Part shown: positions 38,549 to 52,734 of the stretch, piece by piece | Position numbering within the stretch: the first letter of the stretch is position 1 | How the letters are laid out: every line of letters starts with the position of its first letter | Assembly (NCBI GenBank): GCA_001949185.1 | Contig: BDGG01000008.1 | Coordinates: forward strand, 1,116,001 to 1,180,000 | Origin: Ramazzottius varieornatus | Taxonomy: Eukaryota > Animalia > Tardigrada | Reading direction: 5' to 3' | DNA length: 64,000 nucleotides | Notes under the pieces: model-generated | Databases searched by the model: none | What the model was told of the DNA's origin: nothing | The model's input: the letters and a program-made list of their open reading frames with translations, nothing else | Made by a program: the position numbers and the translations under genes

Positions 38549-39761
38549 ATGCACCGACTCTCCTGTGTGCTTGCCGTCCTCTTCGGGACTTTCTGGCTCA
38601 CTGTCGACGGGCAGGTGGCAACCCCGGCAGGTATGTGCAGCGCTACTGACTTCTCAGCGACTTGATCCTGATCCTGAGTCCTGATAATGTTACGGTATTT
38701 CTCAGTAAGTCCTGTCATGGCCCCCATGACTGCCCGCTGGCCGAACCAGGCATCCACCTCCTGCGCCTGCTTTGTCGCTCCCTGCAACTGCAACAACGGA
38801 GCGTCATCGTCATCTTCATGGCCTTCGGCAAGTGGATCAGGAACCACCGTCAGTGGATCTTTCACCAGCGGTATCGCACGGCCGCTAGTTGCAGGTAGGT
38901 GTCTCACTGTCGTCTCGTAAGAGAGAACCTCTACGTAGGCAGCGGTGGGCTACGCCTAAGTGGACTTGTGGACCTTTTAATTTGCGTTGGTGCGGTGCAG
39001 TTTTGACCAACCTGTTCTGCTGTCTAGTTGGCAATAATAATATGCCATTTCTGATGCCACAAAGACTTCCTGGATCCACTGGTTGGTCAACTGGGTCTTC
39101 AGGCAACGGTGCTGCATGGTCGGCAGTCACAAGTAGGTGCCTCATCATAGCAAACATGGCGATACTGCCCCGCCTGCAGTACGTGTGCCGTCTATTTTAC
39201 GTTGGCCAACCGATGCCAAGCTACTTGTCCTACTGTGCATGTAGGTAACAACGCAATGTCGATGCCACAAGTACTTCCTGGATCCACTGGATGGTCCGCT
39301 GGAAACAGTAAGAGTCCATCATCGTGGACTTCACTGCTACACGTCAAATGTTTCATACTTTCAGTTGGCTAACTGGTTATTCAACAGGTGGTTCTTCCAT
39401 GCCGGGTTCGATGGGTAGCGGTATGCAGTTTCCCGGCGCCTTCAACAGGATGCCAACTGTAGCCTCAGGGGTTTCCAAGCCTGGATCCTGTCCAGCCACT
39501 GCGGATGGTATGGCGTCCATCTGTATAGCAGGGTGCTCGAGGGACTCGGACTGCCCCAACACCCAAAAGTGCTGCACTTCCGGCTGCACCACTCGCTGTG
39601 TCGCCCCCACTATGACCATGACGCCCAACAACTTTGCCATGCCGGTGGCCAATGGCGTTTCCTCCAGCTCTTCTTGGAGCCCTGCTGGATCCATGAGCTC
39701 CAACATGCAGTGGTCTAATGCGGCTGTGGCGCCACGACCCACCGTCACCTTCCAAGGTTGA
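38549..39761 (+). CDS. Secreted Ser/Gly/Met-rich protein with one WAP four-disulfide-core domain
   Basis: Signal peptide MHRLSCVLAVLFGTFWLTVDG. Exons 38549-38630, 38706-38894, 39028-39132, 39245-39307 and 39388-39761, all joined in phase 1. WAP domain: KPGSCP...CIAGCSRDSDCPNTQKCCTSGCTTRCVAP. Confidence 0.85.
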
Positions 39762-40549
39762 ATCACCATAAGTTGAGGTTCTGAGGTAATAATAAGCTAT
39801 TGGAACGCCATAGGTGGCTTTGACTTTTTCTCTACTAGAAGTCGGGTACTGTTCTCTTGACTGTATGTACAAGAACATCCGTTACGTTACGGTACATTAC
39901 TGTACTTGACCACTCTATGGAACAAGATCGTGATACGTTGAAGACGTTGCATACAGGTTGATTCAGATCAAGCCGACGGACTTTGAGAGGCTATAAAATA
40001 TTCTGTGATACTTTCTTCGCCTTCAAATCCTGTCCACAAGTAGCCCAAATTCTTATAATTATTTTCCGAAAATCTCATTGAGAGCGCGCGATCGAGTCAA
40101 AATTAAGTTTCAAAAACTCCTGAGTACTCGGAAACCGAGGGTGTATTTCGAAGTGGAAATATGGCCAAGTTTGGCTCCTGTTCCACTTTTATCGATCATT
40201 TTCAATTGCTTCTTCGGAAGTGATTCAAACGTAATTAAGTCATTTTTATAAATTACCTCAAACATTTGTTGACCGCAAGAAAATAGTACGAGCCAACGCG
40301 ACAGTCTTTCGCGAGCAGTAAAGAAATTCTGTTGATAAAGGCTAGTTTTTAAAATGGGTAGTTTTCTGTTGGTTATACCAATCAAGCGATTAAAGTTACG
40401 ACCATAAAACTCATACAAAAATCGCAAGATCTGATGATGGTCTATCGAACGAACTGACGACTGACTTTAACGAGCCAAAAGCAGATTTGATATAGATTTT
40501 CAAAATCCGTCGGCTTGATCTGAATCAACCTGTATAATTATCACAGTTT

Positions 40550-41066
40550 TCATTTCAACCGTTCAAGCATCATGATGCGAGGACCGTACACCAAAGCAGC
40601 GTCCACGTCTTCGCTTTTCACCGTAGTTCGAGCAGCGGCATAGGTTACTGCAGGGATTTTCTTCACCGGGACCGCAGATCCTGGCGCTGCAGGAAGGAGA
40701 TCTTCCTTCAAACATCCACCGCAGATCTGCATACGCCCATCGTAAAGTTCTGAGGCCCTGATGGGACTACTTATACGAAATATGCTAGGTTGTTCGATTG
40801 CTCATACAGTACGTACCTCTTGCGTGAATTTCCACTTCGGAAAGAGTAGTGGTAGTGGTGGGCGTAGTTGTGGGAACGGGCGTCGTTGGTCTCACCTTCT
40901 TGGGCCGCCGCTGAGCAGCTTGAGCAGGCTTCTGGGACTCGTGTGGTATCTCCGGTTTCTCTATCGCTCGCCGAGGTCCGCTATCTGCTTTTTGGACAAC
41001 ATTAGCACCCCGCGTAAACCACACTAGACCGATCAAACAGATACACGTCACCCAGAAATACTGCAT
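40550..41066 (-). CDS. Small secreted orphan protein (about 150 aa) with a Thr/Pro tract and a CGGC motif
   Basis: Signal-like MQYFWVTCICLIGLVWFTRG. Exon 41066-40817 splices in phase 1 to 40749-40550 (ELYDGRMQICGGCLKEDLLP...). An upstream in-frame ATG exists at 41165. Confidence 0.65.
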
Positions 41067-43139
41067 GATCTCAAGATCTTCCGACCTGCATCCACCACAA
41101 GCATTCGAACGTCCGACCAAGTTAGGTAACAATAAAAGCAAACCTAAAGATTGGTCTATTGGCATGGTATATGTTAATGTTGATTGGTTTTTATATGTCC
41201 CGGAATGTACTACCTTTGTTTCTGCAATTCAAGTTTTTGTTTGAATGAAATTCTGGTGCGATTGGACAGGAAGTGCTTTCAGAAAGTGATTTGGTTCCGC
41301 ATTTTAAACCGGCTTTCCCGGCATGTAAACATTCTCCCTTCTGGTGTCTGCCCAGTTGACATTTTCGATTCAACATCGAGTTTACTATAATTCACATGTT
41401 TTCTTCAGCTTTTTAATTGATATTTCTTTGAGTTACAAAAGCCGGCTGCTGCGGTGAGCACTGGAAAAGCATACGCCATGATTACCTAATAGATTACGTG
41501 CTGAGTATCTCAAGTATGTTTACGTTTCCACAGTTCACTTTTGCGGTTGAAGTAATAAGCTGAGATGGCGTTGTCAGATGACGAAAAGCCGGACGGTTCA
41601 AAGACATTGGTGTGATATTATGTCAACAAGATTAATATTCTAAATTTCACTTGAGAAATGATAGGCAAGTTCATTGACATTGGCGGTTTTTCACCGCGGC
41701 GACGTACGTTTCACAAGAGTAAGTCCCGAAAGGTGATCATAGTTAAGTCCGTCCTCGATGATGACTACCGTCACGGAATAACCATAGGTTGATTCGTTTT
41801 TTTATAACTCTATCTGCTCAATTAAGTCATAAAGATATATGAACGCGCGGTGCAAAAACAGTCCACAAAGAAGCGTGTTGTAAAACCACGCCGTGCCGAA
41901 GAGGAAAGACTATCAGCGAAGTCGCGTCTTCAAAACATTGTCATTATCGGTCGTAATGATGATCGTGTGGTCACTCGGTTGGATCCGGTAGCTCCCCGCT
42001 GTTTCTGTCTCGTCGCACCTTCAACCGTCAACAAAGCAATTTTTTTCTTCTACTACGATCTTCTTTCTCGATTGTCTTTAACTGGAAAAAAATAAAGCGT
42101 GAAAACTAGGGCAGGTTACTTAAACCAATTAGCGACTACTTTTCACACAGCCAAGAAATTGTGTTGGATTTGCGGGTAAAAATACTGTTGTGCGTACATG
42201 CACACGAACTGTGAATCGATGCGTGAATATTGTGCGGTAGTACCGCAAAAAGTCTCGGACAGTAATTGGAATTTAATCGTGTCAAACCAAATTTGCGGTT
42301 CTCCGCAAAGTCAAGACTGCAAGCGAGAGTCACGCGAAAAGTAGGACTTGTGGGTTGATCGCCTGTGGCTTTTACGTAAGCACGAAAATTGAATTTTCAT
42401 GCTCTACCCGGGCTTTCGATAACGAGACTTCAGACGATTGAGGAGCTCTTGCGCGCCATTAAATGCTTTAAGGCAGACCGAGCAGGACGAACTTTAGGTC
42501 GCGTCCTATTGCACGGTACGTAGTTCTCCGTGGTGCTGTCAATCGAGTACGTGTTCGAGACGAAGTGGATCAAGTCGAACACCCATAGCTTAGTCGGCCA
42601 CCCGGCGACCCATATGGAAACTCCGCAGTAACAGGGGTGTCCGACTTAGAAGCGGGGGTGCAAATCAGACCTTCTGTCGCGCAACCGGTTTGCCACCGTA
42701 GTACTCTGGCAAGCAATCGACCAGATGTATCCGTAGTGCCATGCATTGTCTCATCCGTCAAAAAAATATGAGCATCTGTTCTTTGATGATCAATGGGTTC
42801 TTTCTCGCGGGTAGTGTGTGCATGTTTGCCGTCTGCTCTGTTTGACCTCCGACCACAATTGTGAGTACGCGCGCCGTTATTCATCATCGCTGGGTTGCTG
42901 TTACGACTTTGCAAGGAAACATCATGAACTATATTTCGCAGCCTTTTCGACACCCACTTCATTGTGATTTATCAGATTGGGTTTTATTTTCCTCGGTGCA
43001 TCTCGTTGACATTGTGAAGGCATGTTGAATGACTTGACGGATATTACAAGAGCTCTACCACTTCCGGATCTGCGGCGACCATCACAGCTAATTTGTTTCT
43101 TTCGACACGCACGCCAAGATCAATTTTGGCCGGCTTAAC

Positions 43140-43470
43140 ATGGATGCCTTCTATTCTAACGATCCGCAGTTGCGGCACTTTTTCCAGACGGCGACCATTG
43201 CCGGAAATGGCCAGCTGGTCCATCCGAAATTCAATCCCTCTTCTTCCAACCAACTCTTACCTTGCACCTGCTCGTCACGACGCCCATTACCACCCTTGTT
43301 GGAAGCCAGTGAAGGTATTACCGATCAGGACCATCTGTCGCTGCACAGCTTTTCCGCCGGCCAAACAATACCCATCTCCTGGCATGCCTGGTCATCTTTG
43401 TGGAATATCTCCCCACAAGTCGAAAGCAAGAAAGCCATGGCCAGCCAGTGCACTTGTCAGCACTACAACG
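43140..43470 (+). CDS. Candidate alternative first coding exon of the RasGAP gene
   Basis: ATG-initiated 110 codons + 1 nt ending at G|GTAAGC, matching the phase-1 acceptor at 58186. Confidence 0.55.
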
Positions 43471-44271
43471 GTAAGCAAACACGCCAGCTGTCGCCGCTGT
43501 TGCTGATGCCATATGCATAAATAACCCATGCCGGCTTAAAAGTCAACAACTTCATACGTTTGTTGGGTCATTTTCTTTTGTTACTGTAACGTCGGTAGAC
43601 CCGCAAAATCAAACAAGGAAGTTTATCAAAACAGCCCAAGAAATGCAAGTGAAGCATCTCTTTCATTCAACGGCAAAATATTGATGTGTGTATCGTAACA
43701 AGGTAGCGCCTTAGAAGAGTTTCTTGAATGTTACGGAAATTCTTCCTGTGTTCGACTTTTGATGCACATGCTTTCGAACGCATTTCCTTGACTTCGCCGG
43801 TTTGAGTATAGTTTCGAAGAAGGGAGACAATTGGCAAGGAAGAAATTTGATTAACATGTCAAGTTTATTATACAGCACGGCTAGAATACAAATGATGGCC
43901 ATCGGCAAAGATCCATATCTAAAGTGCAATTAAGTAACATCGCTTGCAAGCGCGTGTTCTTTGATTTACTTGTTATCATTCGCGCTCATGCCGGTCGGAG
44001 TACTTCGTTGTTTGTCGAAGCCGAAATAGAATTAAAATTCCATTAATAACCGAGAGTTATTCGATAAATGACGCAGTAGCTCAGTGGCAGTGTCTTTCGG
44101 CACCAGTAAAACAGTATCGTTCGCGTGATGGATACTATTCTCCATTTACTGGCTCGCTTGATGTCTCTTGTGTGTTGACCACCTATCCCTTTTGTTCATT
44201 AACCTGTTAAGCCGGTTTGAAAATTTAAAAAAAATTATACTAAAATTGGGACATTACAAATGAGTAGGACA

Positions 44272-44342
44272 TCATCGTTATCTCTGGTGGCGCACGTCTC
44301 CATTGTTATCGATCAGATGTGTGCGCCACTTAGTAGAACGAC
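44272..44342. repeat. GTGGCGCA-N27 element (spacer in reverse orientation)
   Basis: Both arms intact; the spacer contains CATTGTTATC. Confidence 0.85.
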
Positions 44343-45562
44343 CACTTACTGTTTCATTTTTTACTTAACCTCCGAATTTCAAACTGACCTTGAGTAGGAA
44401 AGCTGAAGGAAAGTTTTCTTCCAGTGATGAATTTTCAAACATAACAGACCGGGATTGTCACGAAGCGAATCAATAGAAGGTACTTGTTTGTAACGATTTT
44501 GTCAAGACGCGCAATTCTTTCCACATGACATAAATTGCTACAAGCACCACAGAAAGAAAAACGATCCCTCACTTTTCCACGAAAAATCGATTAGTATAGA
44601 TGCAAGACGGGCCAGTTGATGAGGAGCTTCCGCCTTAAGATCGAGTGCTCAATGCCCGATGCTGTGCATACTCTATCCGGAACTTTCGATCGTGGCTCCT
44701 TGAGTTTTTGGTTTATCAAGAACCTCACTGTCTCATATTCGGCTTGGCTTGTCATTACGGATCTATCAAGTGCCCAACTCGGCCTTTCCTTTCCCGTTCG
44801 ATTGTTATTCTAACCGTTTAAACCACTTGAGGAGGATCTATGGAGGGAGTGTACGAGCATATCGTTGATATACTGAGGAACCTGTGGCCTTTCGAAAGTA
44901 AGTTAATACCATAGTGTTATGTGCGCCTGACTGGAGACCGATTGCAGGTCGTGCAGTGATAATTATTTAGGCTTTTACGGTGCAGTCAAGGCGAAGCCCA
45001 TATCGTTAACCTTGCGCACCCTGCCCATTATTCCGATTTTACAAAAACATTACGGTTCCACTCGAGTGCTCAAGAACACTGCTCCTCCATCTGCTACATG
45101 CTCACCTATCGATTTGTTACATTTGTACTTCCATTGAAACCAGGACGGAAGGCGCGCTGCTCAGCAGGAGGCACATACCTCTCTTTGTTGTGTGGCTGTA
45201 TCAGGTGCTGCGCTGATTCTTTTCTCCGGTTGTTCATGCGCCGTCTGTGGCATGAATGAATAATATTCAACTGAGTCTGAATTGAGGTTGAAAGCTTCCG
45301 ACATTCCACTTCCGGAATCCCTTTGCTAGATTTTAGCTCAAATTATTGTGTGAGAAACCCGACCACGCTCGATCGATAGGTTACGATCAGGAGGCACGAC
45401 CTTACACTCACCCACGTCAAGAGGCGCACGAGGATATCTGGTCGGAAAGTACTCGGCCCGATCAGCTGGCAGACTCTTTTCTCTTGAACCCTTCTGCTCC
45501 CCATTTTTGCATGCCAAAGCGTTTAGAATCAACCAGGCAGAACGGGTTCCCCATTTTGAAGC

Positions 45563-45593
45563 ATGAGCAAGATTAACTTCCTGGTTCGTGACC
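45563..45593 (+). CDS. Candidate alternative first coding exon of the RasGAP gene (MSKINFLVRD)
   Basis: 10 codons + 1 nt, donor GTAAGA, phase 1. Confidence 0.4.
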
Positions 45594-48029
45594 GTAAGAG
45601 ATCAGAGATCAGCATGCGCCGAGCAAAGCGGGTGTGGTTCATCGTGTGATCGCTTCCAGTTGCTGGCTTGCCTTCTTCGGGCGGAATTCGAGAAGGGACA
45701 GGCTGGTTCGGCGCCAATTGAAGAGGGAGATTTATGGGCGATAACGAAGGCTGTTGGAAGAAGATTAGGCGCTAGTTGAAGATTAGAGCGGCGAGAGGAA
45801 CGCGTGCCACAGGTGCTTCTTTGCATTGACTATATAAACGTTAACGATCCCCTTTAGGTCCGAATTTGTCTGACCACTTGTTCTTGCATCTGCTCCTTTA
45901 TGTGCTCCAAAGTCCAAACCGTTCTGGTCTCCGAATTCTGCCCGCCGTTGGTCACAGAAAGTTTGTTCATGCAAAACTAAAAGCTTCTGAGAGCTTTGGT
46001 CAATGTCGTTCTGCTGCCGCACCGTCAACTTCAGCCTGCTAGCTTTCGTTCCATCTGGAATATCTTTGGAAGAATACCTGCTCCAAGGAGAAACTTGTTA
46101 CGCTGTATCACATAACTTATTGCGCGGATTTGAGAGTGCATGGTAAGTGGTGCGACCTTCCCCGAGATTGGGTTGTTTTCATCCATATTTTACGCGTAGG
46201 GTATAAGCCACGTTCGACTTCTGAACTTCCTGGCTTCTGATGGCATGCTGGATGACAGAGAACTGTTTTCTGGAATAAAAAAATAGGTTGAAATGTTGCA
46301 GTGTGGTGGTCTTTCATCTCTAAAGTTCTTTGTTTGTTTTACGCGCTGGCCCGAGCTCTAGGCTGGTCCTTGAGGGAAGGTAGATGTCGCGCGTGCTGCC
46401 GCACAAGGCGCTCTTGACTTTGAGAGTGAAGATCGTCTTTACGATCGAAGAATACTTTGGTCTTACGTTTGATGTTCGCACTTCGGATCCAAGATCACGC
46501 CGTAATTGAGTCAGTACACGACGGCCTCATGACATGATTCAGCGTATCATCTCGTTTGTTAAATCTTGTACTTGACCGTTATCTGATACGAAGAAGAATA
46601 CTCGCTTTAACGACCTTGGACATTTATCTCTGTTACGGAAGAATGGCCAACGAGATTGCACCAGAAGATTCACCGCACATCCAATATTGACTCGCACATC
46701 CACTCCACCCTCACTTTCGTGCGAGAAGAGCGAGCAAACGTTGTGACTTATTAATAAATTCGAAATTCCTGTTGTGCTCCCTCCGTTGTCCTTTTCATGC
46801 AGCGCGAGCACAGACGGAAAGGTGGCGCCACCACAAAACATTAGAGCGTGATGGCTGTTTTCATTAACGTTTTCAACAGCGTCAGCTCAAAGCTGCGAAA
46901 TTTTTCATTCAGGATCAGTTTTGAAGAATAGCATGGAGGGAGAACAAATGAGTTGGTATCCGATCGTGAAAATGGATACACTGCAAGCATTAGTCCAGGC
47001 TACATTAGCAGCCGGAAGTGAGATTCCCAAGTGCTCCTAAATAGCCCGTTTAACCACTTTCATTGCGAGAACGACTGTGTTACGCTGAAACTGTAGAGTG
47101 TATAGACTATCATTACAGCCAATGAGAAAACAAGTATAACGATTAGAACTTTTATCAGACGATCCTATTCGAACTTTCTCCGGAATAAATCGAATTACCC
47201 GATCCCTGTCCATTTCTGTGGAACAGGAAACTTATTACTTATCGCTCAAATGCGGATTAGTTCTCCGAGGTCCCTGGTTGATGATTAATGATCCCCAAAT
47301 CAGATCTGCAGCGGCACTCAACTGACTCATCGTTGGGACACACTATTTACCCAGGCAATGACTCTTCCGCGGTATACTTTGACATGGCAGTTGGCCTATT
47401 TCGTCGTCTGTCCCAGCTCCACTGTAAATTCATGTTGTCCGGGGAGATTCATGTCATGACGATGGGTTAGACCGTTAGACGATGTGCAAAAGGATACCCC
47501 AGCTGTCACTTCTCATTTGACTCGATGAAGGAAATTGTTTTTAAACTTCCTGCGCATTGCCTCGTCCTAACTGTCTATTTTCGCACTCGGGTGCCTTCGA
47601 GCGCTATAGGGCCGTGTTTTTATTGCATCAGGGAAACCCTGCTGGAACATCCCGAACAGTCTTCTCAATGCATGACAAGAAGTCATTCGCTTTTTGATCG
47701 TTCTTCACATATGTAGAGCGACGTGTTCCGGTGGTGTGTTTTCTAACCGTTCTGTTGTCAGCATTTACCGCAAACATGTTGTCGAATTGCTTCTCGAATG
47801 GCTCGTGTGCGAGCTCCTCGTCGTCGTCGCGACCTCTATCGGCGGACCTGACGTGCTGTGCGGAGAACCAGACAACACCGAACGGTACGTGGACCGTAGT
47901 TCTTCTACGTAGATCTTGGTTAAGCAGATTATAGGGACCTGATTGAATCAGTCCAGGCGGTGGACCATTCGATTGGTGTGTTGAAGAGAAACGCAGAAGC
48001 ATTTGGGACGTGGGCAAACGAAGTGAACC

Positions 48030-48100
48030 ACATCGTTTTCCCAACTGGCGCACTGAACCAGCCGATAACAATGAAAATGTGCGCCACCTGAGATGCCAGT
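48030..48100. repeat. GTGGCGCA-N27 element
   Basis: CTGGCGCA-27 nt (containing GATAACAATG)-TGCGCCAC. Confidence 0.8.
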
Positions 48101-49250
48101 CTGGTGCAGATCATTTGCCCATGTTTATTCCTGTAGACGGTTTTTACGTGCTTTTCTAGTCTCTCGCTAAGTCTTGTGCGTCAAGCAAGCAGGGTGACGG
48201 TTCGGTCGGCGGTATTTGAAGCACATGTAGGAATATTTTGTTTGCAGATTTTGATGTATTGTTCAAAGCAGAGTGTAGTCATGTGCATCTCATGAAAATG
48301 GGTCCGGGAAGCACATTCTAAATTTATGGATGAGGTCAACGCCTGCATGTGAGCAGAGATGCGTGGGGCGCGTGCCTCGACTAAATTAGATGAGGCATCT
48401 TTTGAGCGCGGCGATCGGCAAGCTTTTTCCAGTTGATCGTGCGACGGAGATCTGAACGGGAGAGTGGACATGACAGGCAAACTTACACACTGTGTATCAA
48501 AGACGGAAAAAAGACGACACAATGCCCGACATCACGCAAAATACTATCGAGCGTTCGTTTTGCATGCTCGACCTGCCATCCAATTATTCTGCCGTTTTTC
48601 AACCGTCTAACATAAAAAAGCTCCTTACAAATCGTGCATTGGACGGGCGAGAACCATTATACTTGATCGCTGAACCTTCTCATATTCAATACTAGCGCTC
48701 CTTTATCTGAATATGTCGGTTCGAGGTGTACTACGTTAGTAGAGGACGTATCTAGTGAAACGTGATGGACTTCCGGTACGATGGTGCGATAAACTAATTA
48801 ACATGAATTCAGTAGACGTTTATTTTTAGCTGTTAGAAACTGCAACGAGAATTCACAGATATGCGCCAGTTTCCAAAAATGATGGAACAGGGGAAATTAT
48901 ACACAAAATGAACGGAGGCCTAATTGCGCAAGGGTTACTCGAGGAAGATGTAAAGCAGTCTCTTGACCGGATTTTATCGCTTCAAGTGGCGCACGAAGAT
49001 TACCAGTAACAGGGCCGGCGCACCCTGAAGATCCTCTTTCCGTTTCGAGTATTGTTTCCGTTCTATCCGCTGTAATACTTCCTTTGCCTTGTAGCAACTT
49101 TGCCAGATCCAGCACAATAGAGTAGATGAATGTAGCGTCGGCAAACAACGCCTTCGAAATTCTTCTTCAGACTTTCCGAAGGGTTCGTGAGGATCTTCGG
49201 CCCACGCAAGAACAACAAACACTTCAAGGGTATACGTTCGCACGTTAGCA

Positions 49251-49491
49251 ATGCACTTGGCCGGCTTCCGTCCCACACTGAGTTCTGCGCGGATAACACA
49301 GTACGAAGGGAAAGTCGAGGGAAACAGTGTCAAGCTGTCGCGGAAAGTGGAGGAACCGATCATTCAGACCAAGTTGCCCCCGACATTGGTCCTTCCTCTT
49401 CCGCCGCCTCGTTCATCTCCGCGACCGGAAAGATTTGTCAAACTGTCACGGGTCATTTCCAGCTGGGACAAAAAACGAGGGGTGCACAAAC
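49251..49491 (+). CDS. Candidate alternative first coding exon of the RasGAP gene (Pro-rich)
   Basis: 80 codons + 1 nt, donor GTAATT, phase 1. Confidence 0.45.
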
Positions 49492-50860
49492 GTAATTATG
49501 CGATGGCAGTGATGGCAGCGGTGGGTGACAGGCCGGAAGCGTCGCTGTGTTGTGGTCGACGCCTGTGTGCTTTCTTATATCAAACACGACCAGCGAACTA
49601 TTGCGTGGTTGCGCGTTGGCGTGTTTCATTAACATCGAACGGGTATCGAAATTCCCCTCGGGACTTTAAACTTGCACTCTACAATCTGTACTGCGACTCC
49701 TTTCTCCTCAGCGGGGAATCGCTCGACCGTATCTTCCCGGAGCTTAACTCTGCGTGTGTGTGTGTACAGTACGTTTTTCTGGTCTGTACCGTGCGCTGTA
49801 TGGAAGCGCCCTCTCAAAATGAAACTTTCCTGTGAATGGCCGACTAACAAGTGCAGAAATTAGAGTAGCCGGTTATTTGCAGAAACTGATGACGACTACA
49901 CCTTTTCCGTTGCTTGCTCAAGTACTAGAGACCAAGGCCTGCCATTTCAAGCCTGCTAGCTCATTCACGAGCTGTCTTAAAGACCCAACCAATTGCATCA
50001 CACTTTACACGTTACTGACATTATTGGTTCACATTAGCTCCTTGGATCTGTTGTCATTTTTCTCTGATATGCGGGCGCAAGCTGGGTCATTTCATCACAA
50101 GAGTTCTCCGCTCTATTCCTGCTTATCCCATAGAAGACTTTCCTGTACGCTGTACAAGTCTTCGTTGGACTTTTCATTGGCCACGTTGCGTCTTCCAGCT
50201 TGGCTTGTTCAGGAGCCTATTTTCCGGACTTTTGTGGAAGAACTGGGTTAATTACTTGTGAAAGGGGATATCATTCGTTCGTCTTTTGGCTAGTTCAAGA
50301 AGTTTACGGAATTTCTCCAAGCGAAGGAAGACGTCAGCTTGACTTGGAAAGTGTGCTGGAGCGACCACATCTTTGCCTATTCATAGACTGCCGGCTTGTG
50401 CAATATCTAACAGCGCGGTGACCTCTGACCGCAGCACCAGGCGGGGAATCTGTATGGGAGTGATTTGCTCTCGTTGTTTGCTAGAGAGCGCCTATTATTT
50501 ATTCGATAGAGAGATGAAGAGTTTGTCAATGCACAGTTACGTCCATTCGGATGAGACTGATGCGAACTATAGAGCTGCAGTCGATGATCAGTAGCTGGTT
50601 GTCCAGTTACGACACATTGCATCGCTGTTCGTGCGGAGAATTAGAAAGTCAAGCATCGGTTTGCAATGCTTGGTTGTGTACTCTGTGATATTGCAAGCTG
50701 AAGCTCTGATGTTTGAGGAGTTACCACTCTCTGTTTTCGATCGGAAAGAGTATTGCTACTGATATCGCTCCATTACGTTTCTGGTCCAAGTGGCGCATAT
50801 TGGATTTCATTTCAACCATCGCCCGAAGCGTTGAACGGGAGGGAAAAGCTGATATAAACC

Positions 50861-50909
50861 ATGATGGAGGTATTCAAATATCGATCGTGGAACCGAAAGA
50901 CACGCACAG
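50861..50909 (+). CDS. Candidate alternative first coding exon of the RasGAP gene (MMEVFKYRSWNRKTRT)
   Basis: AAACC-ATG context, 16 codons + 1 nt, donor CAG|GTAAAA, phase 1. Confidence 0.4.
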
Positions 50910-52457
50910 GTAAAAGCATGTAACGTGCCGTTGGTTGCCCAATGAAACACATAGGTGATATTCGTTACGCTGTGATGGATATTTGGGCGCGTGCGATTAA
51001 CCGATGACGAGGTTTCTCTTCGGCTTTCTTCCGTGTTGGAAAAACCTGTCAAAGATATGTAGTTAAAAAACCCGATGTTCGCAAAAGAGATTGATTAGTG
51101 TGTCAAAAGCATGTCCGTATCACTTGTAAAGCCATAAAAGAGAAGCTGGTATAGCGGAAGGAGCTTCCGTTGTCGTTTTTACGAGCGTGTTGTGATTACA
51201 ACGCCGGTTGTAATTGTATTGTACGAGGTTGAAAAAATATCCTCGTGTGCGCTAACGGCCATTCTGGGTCTTGTTTGGATGATTATGCGTCTGCCAATGA
51301 CCATGATGTATCGGTCCAGAATCAACAGTGGACTGAATGTGGCGAATGTATTTTGTAATGCGGGCAATGTTGTCCCCGTTTGGCAGGCGCGATTGTTTAA
51401 CCTATAAACTCGAACATGCAAATATTCCTCAACGACTTCGGGTTACCGAACGTCCATCCGAAATCTAAAAAGTTCTCAGAATGACACTGCAAAAACATCT
51501 CTGTAAAATTATTTCCCACTTGGGTATTTGCCAAATTGCCATGAATGCACAAACTCGCAAGAAACCACCCAACAAAAAATTCACATAAAAAATCGTCAAG
51601 GTCGCTGTGGTATAACAGCTACATTAAAACATCGGGTCACCGTGTAAGCATCTGCAAAAAAGATACTGAGAAGGATTTCAGGTGGATGAGCAAATAATCG
51701 CAATATAGCACAATAATATGTGGACTCTTGTGATGGCAAGTACGCGTACTTCCGTCATTAACAGACCGCAACAGGATCTCAAGGGTAACGCTTGATTGAT
51801 GAAGATGCGCTGGTAAGAGAAGAAAAAGGGCCATCATGCCGGCTGATATGCCTCCAAAGTGCCTGCGGTAGCCAGAGTGTGAGAAGTGAGAATTCTCAAG
51901 ATGGGTGTGTTACCCGACTGATCGAGCTCTCATCCATCAGAATTCATGCGTGTATCCCTCAAGCCGGACATTGTACAACTTCTGAAGAGGCTTGCTTTCG
52001 ATACATACCGAAGAAGAAGCGAAAGTAGACGGAACAAGCTACCGAAGCCTCATTGATATGCAGGACGGAATAAAAGTGAAAAAATTTACGATTTCTCCAA
52101 CGGCGTCATAAACACATCGTTTCGGCAGAGCGGAGATAGCTTTATATGTTTGCCGTATCCGGAACTGACCGGTAGCTGGACCACTTCCTATGTGTAACCT
52201 AAGCCCACCGTGTACAGTTCTATGGCATATTTGATGTATAGAGCAGGTGCAGGTCGTCATATTTCCCTGTCAGAATCTTTCGTCAGTGTCATGATGGAAT
52301 ATTCGGGATTTTTCTGAATTTCCCAAGATTATTATTTGGGCATGGTTACAGTATATAGGAAATATTTTTGTTGGTTTCCGAATGTGGACTGTTGTTGATC
52401 ATATCGAACTGCAGTGTTATTACAACGTGTCGTCTTTCACGTAATCGGATTATCTGA

Positions 52458-52734
52458 ATGAAAATGGCTAAAACATTGGGTTTTGGTTATGGTAAGACTG
52501 TGGTCGTTGGCAAAAATCCGGATGATCAGCAGAAACAGCAACGACGAGCAGTGAGCTTTTCCTGCCGACGGAAACCCCAAACCCGCCTACCATTACAAGC
52601 TTCGTCTAGTTCGCCATATGTGCCAGAGTGTGTCTGCGATTATGCAAAGCATGTCCCGCGGTCCAGCGGTATTGAAAAGTCGGTCAAGAAGACGCTGGAA
52701 TATGCATATGAAGAGACCTTTTTCTGGAGGATCG
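52458..52734 (+). CDS. Candidate alternative first coding exon of the RasGAP gene
   Basis: 92 codons + 1 nt ending at the consensus G|GTAAGT, phase 1. Confidence 0.55.
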
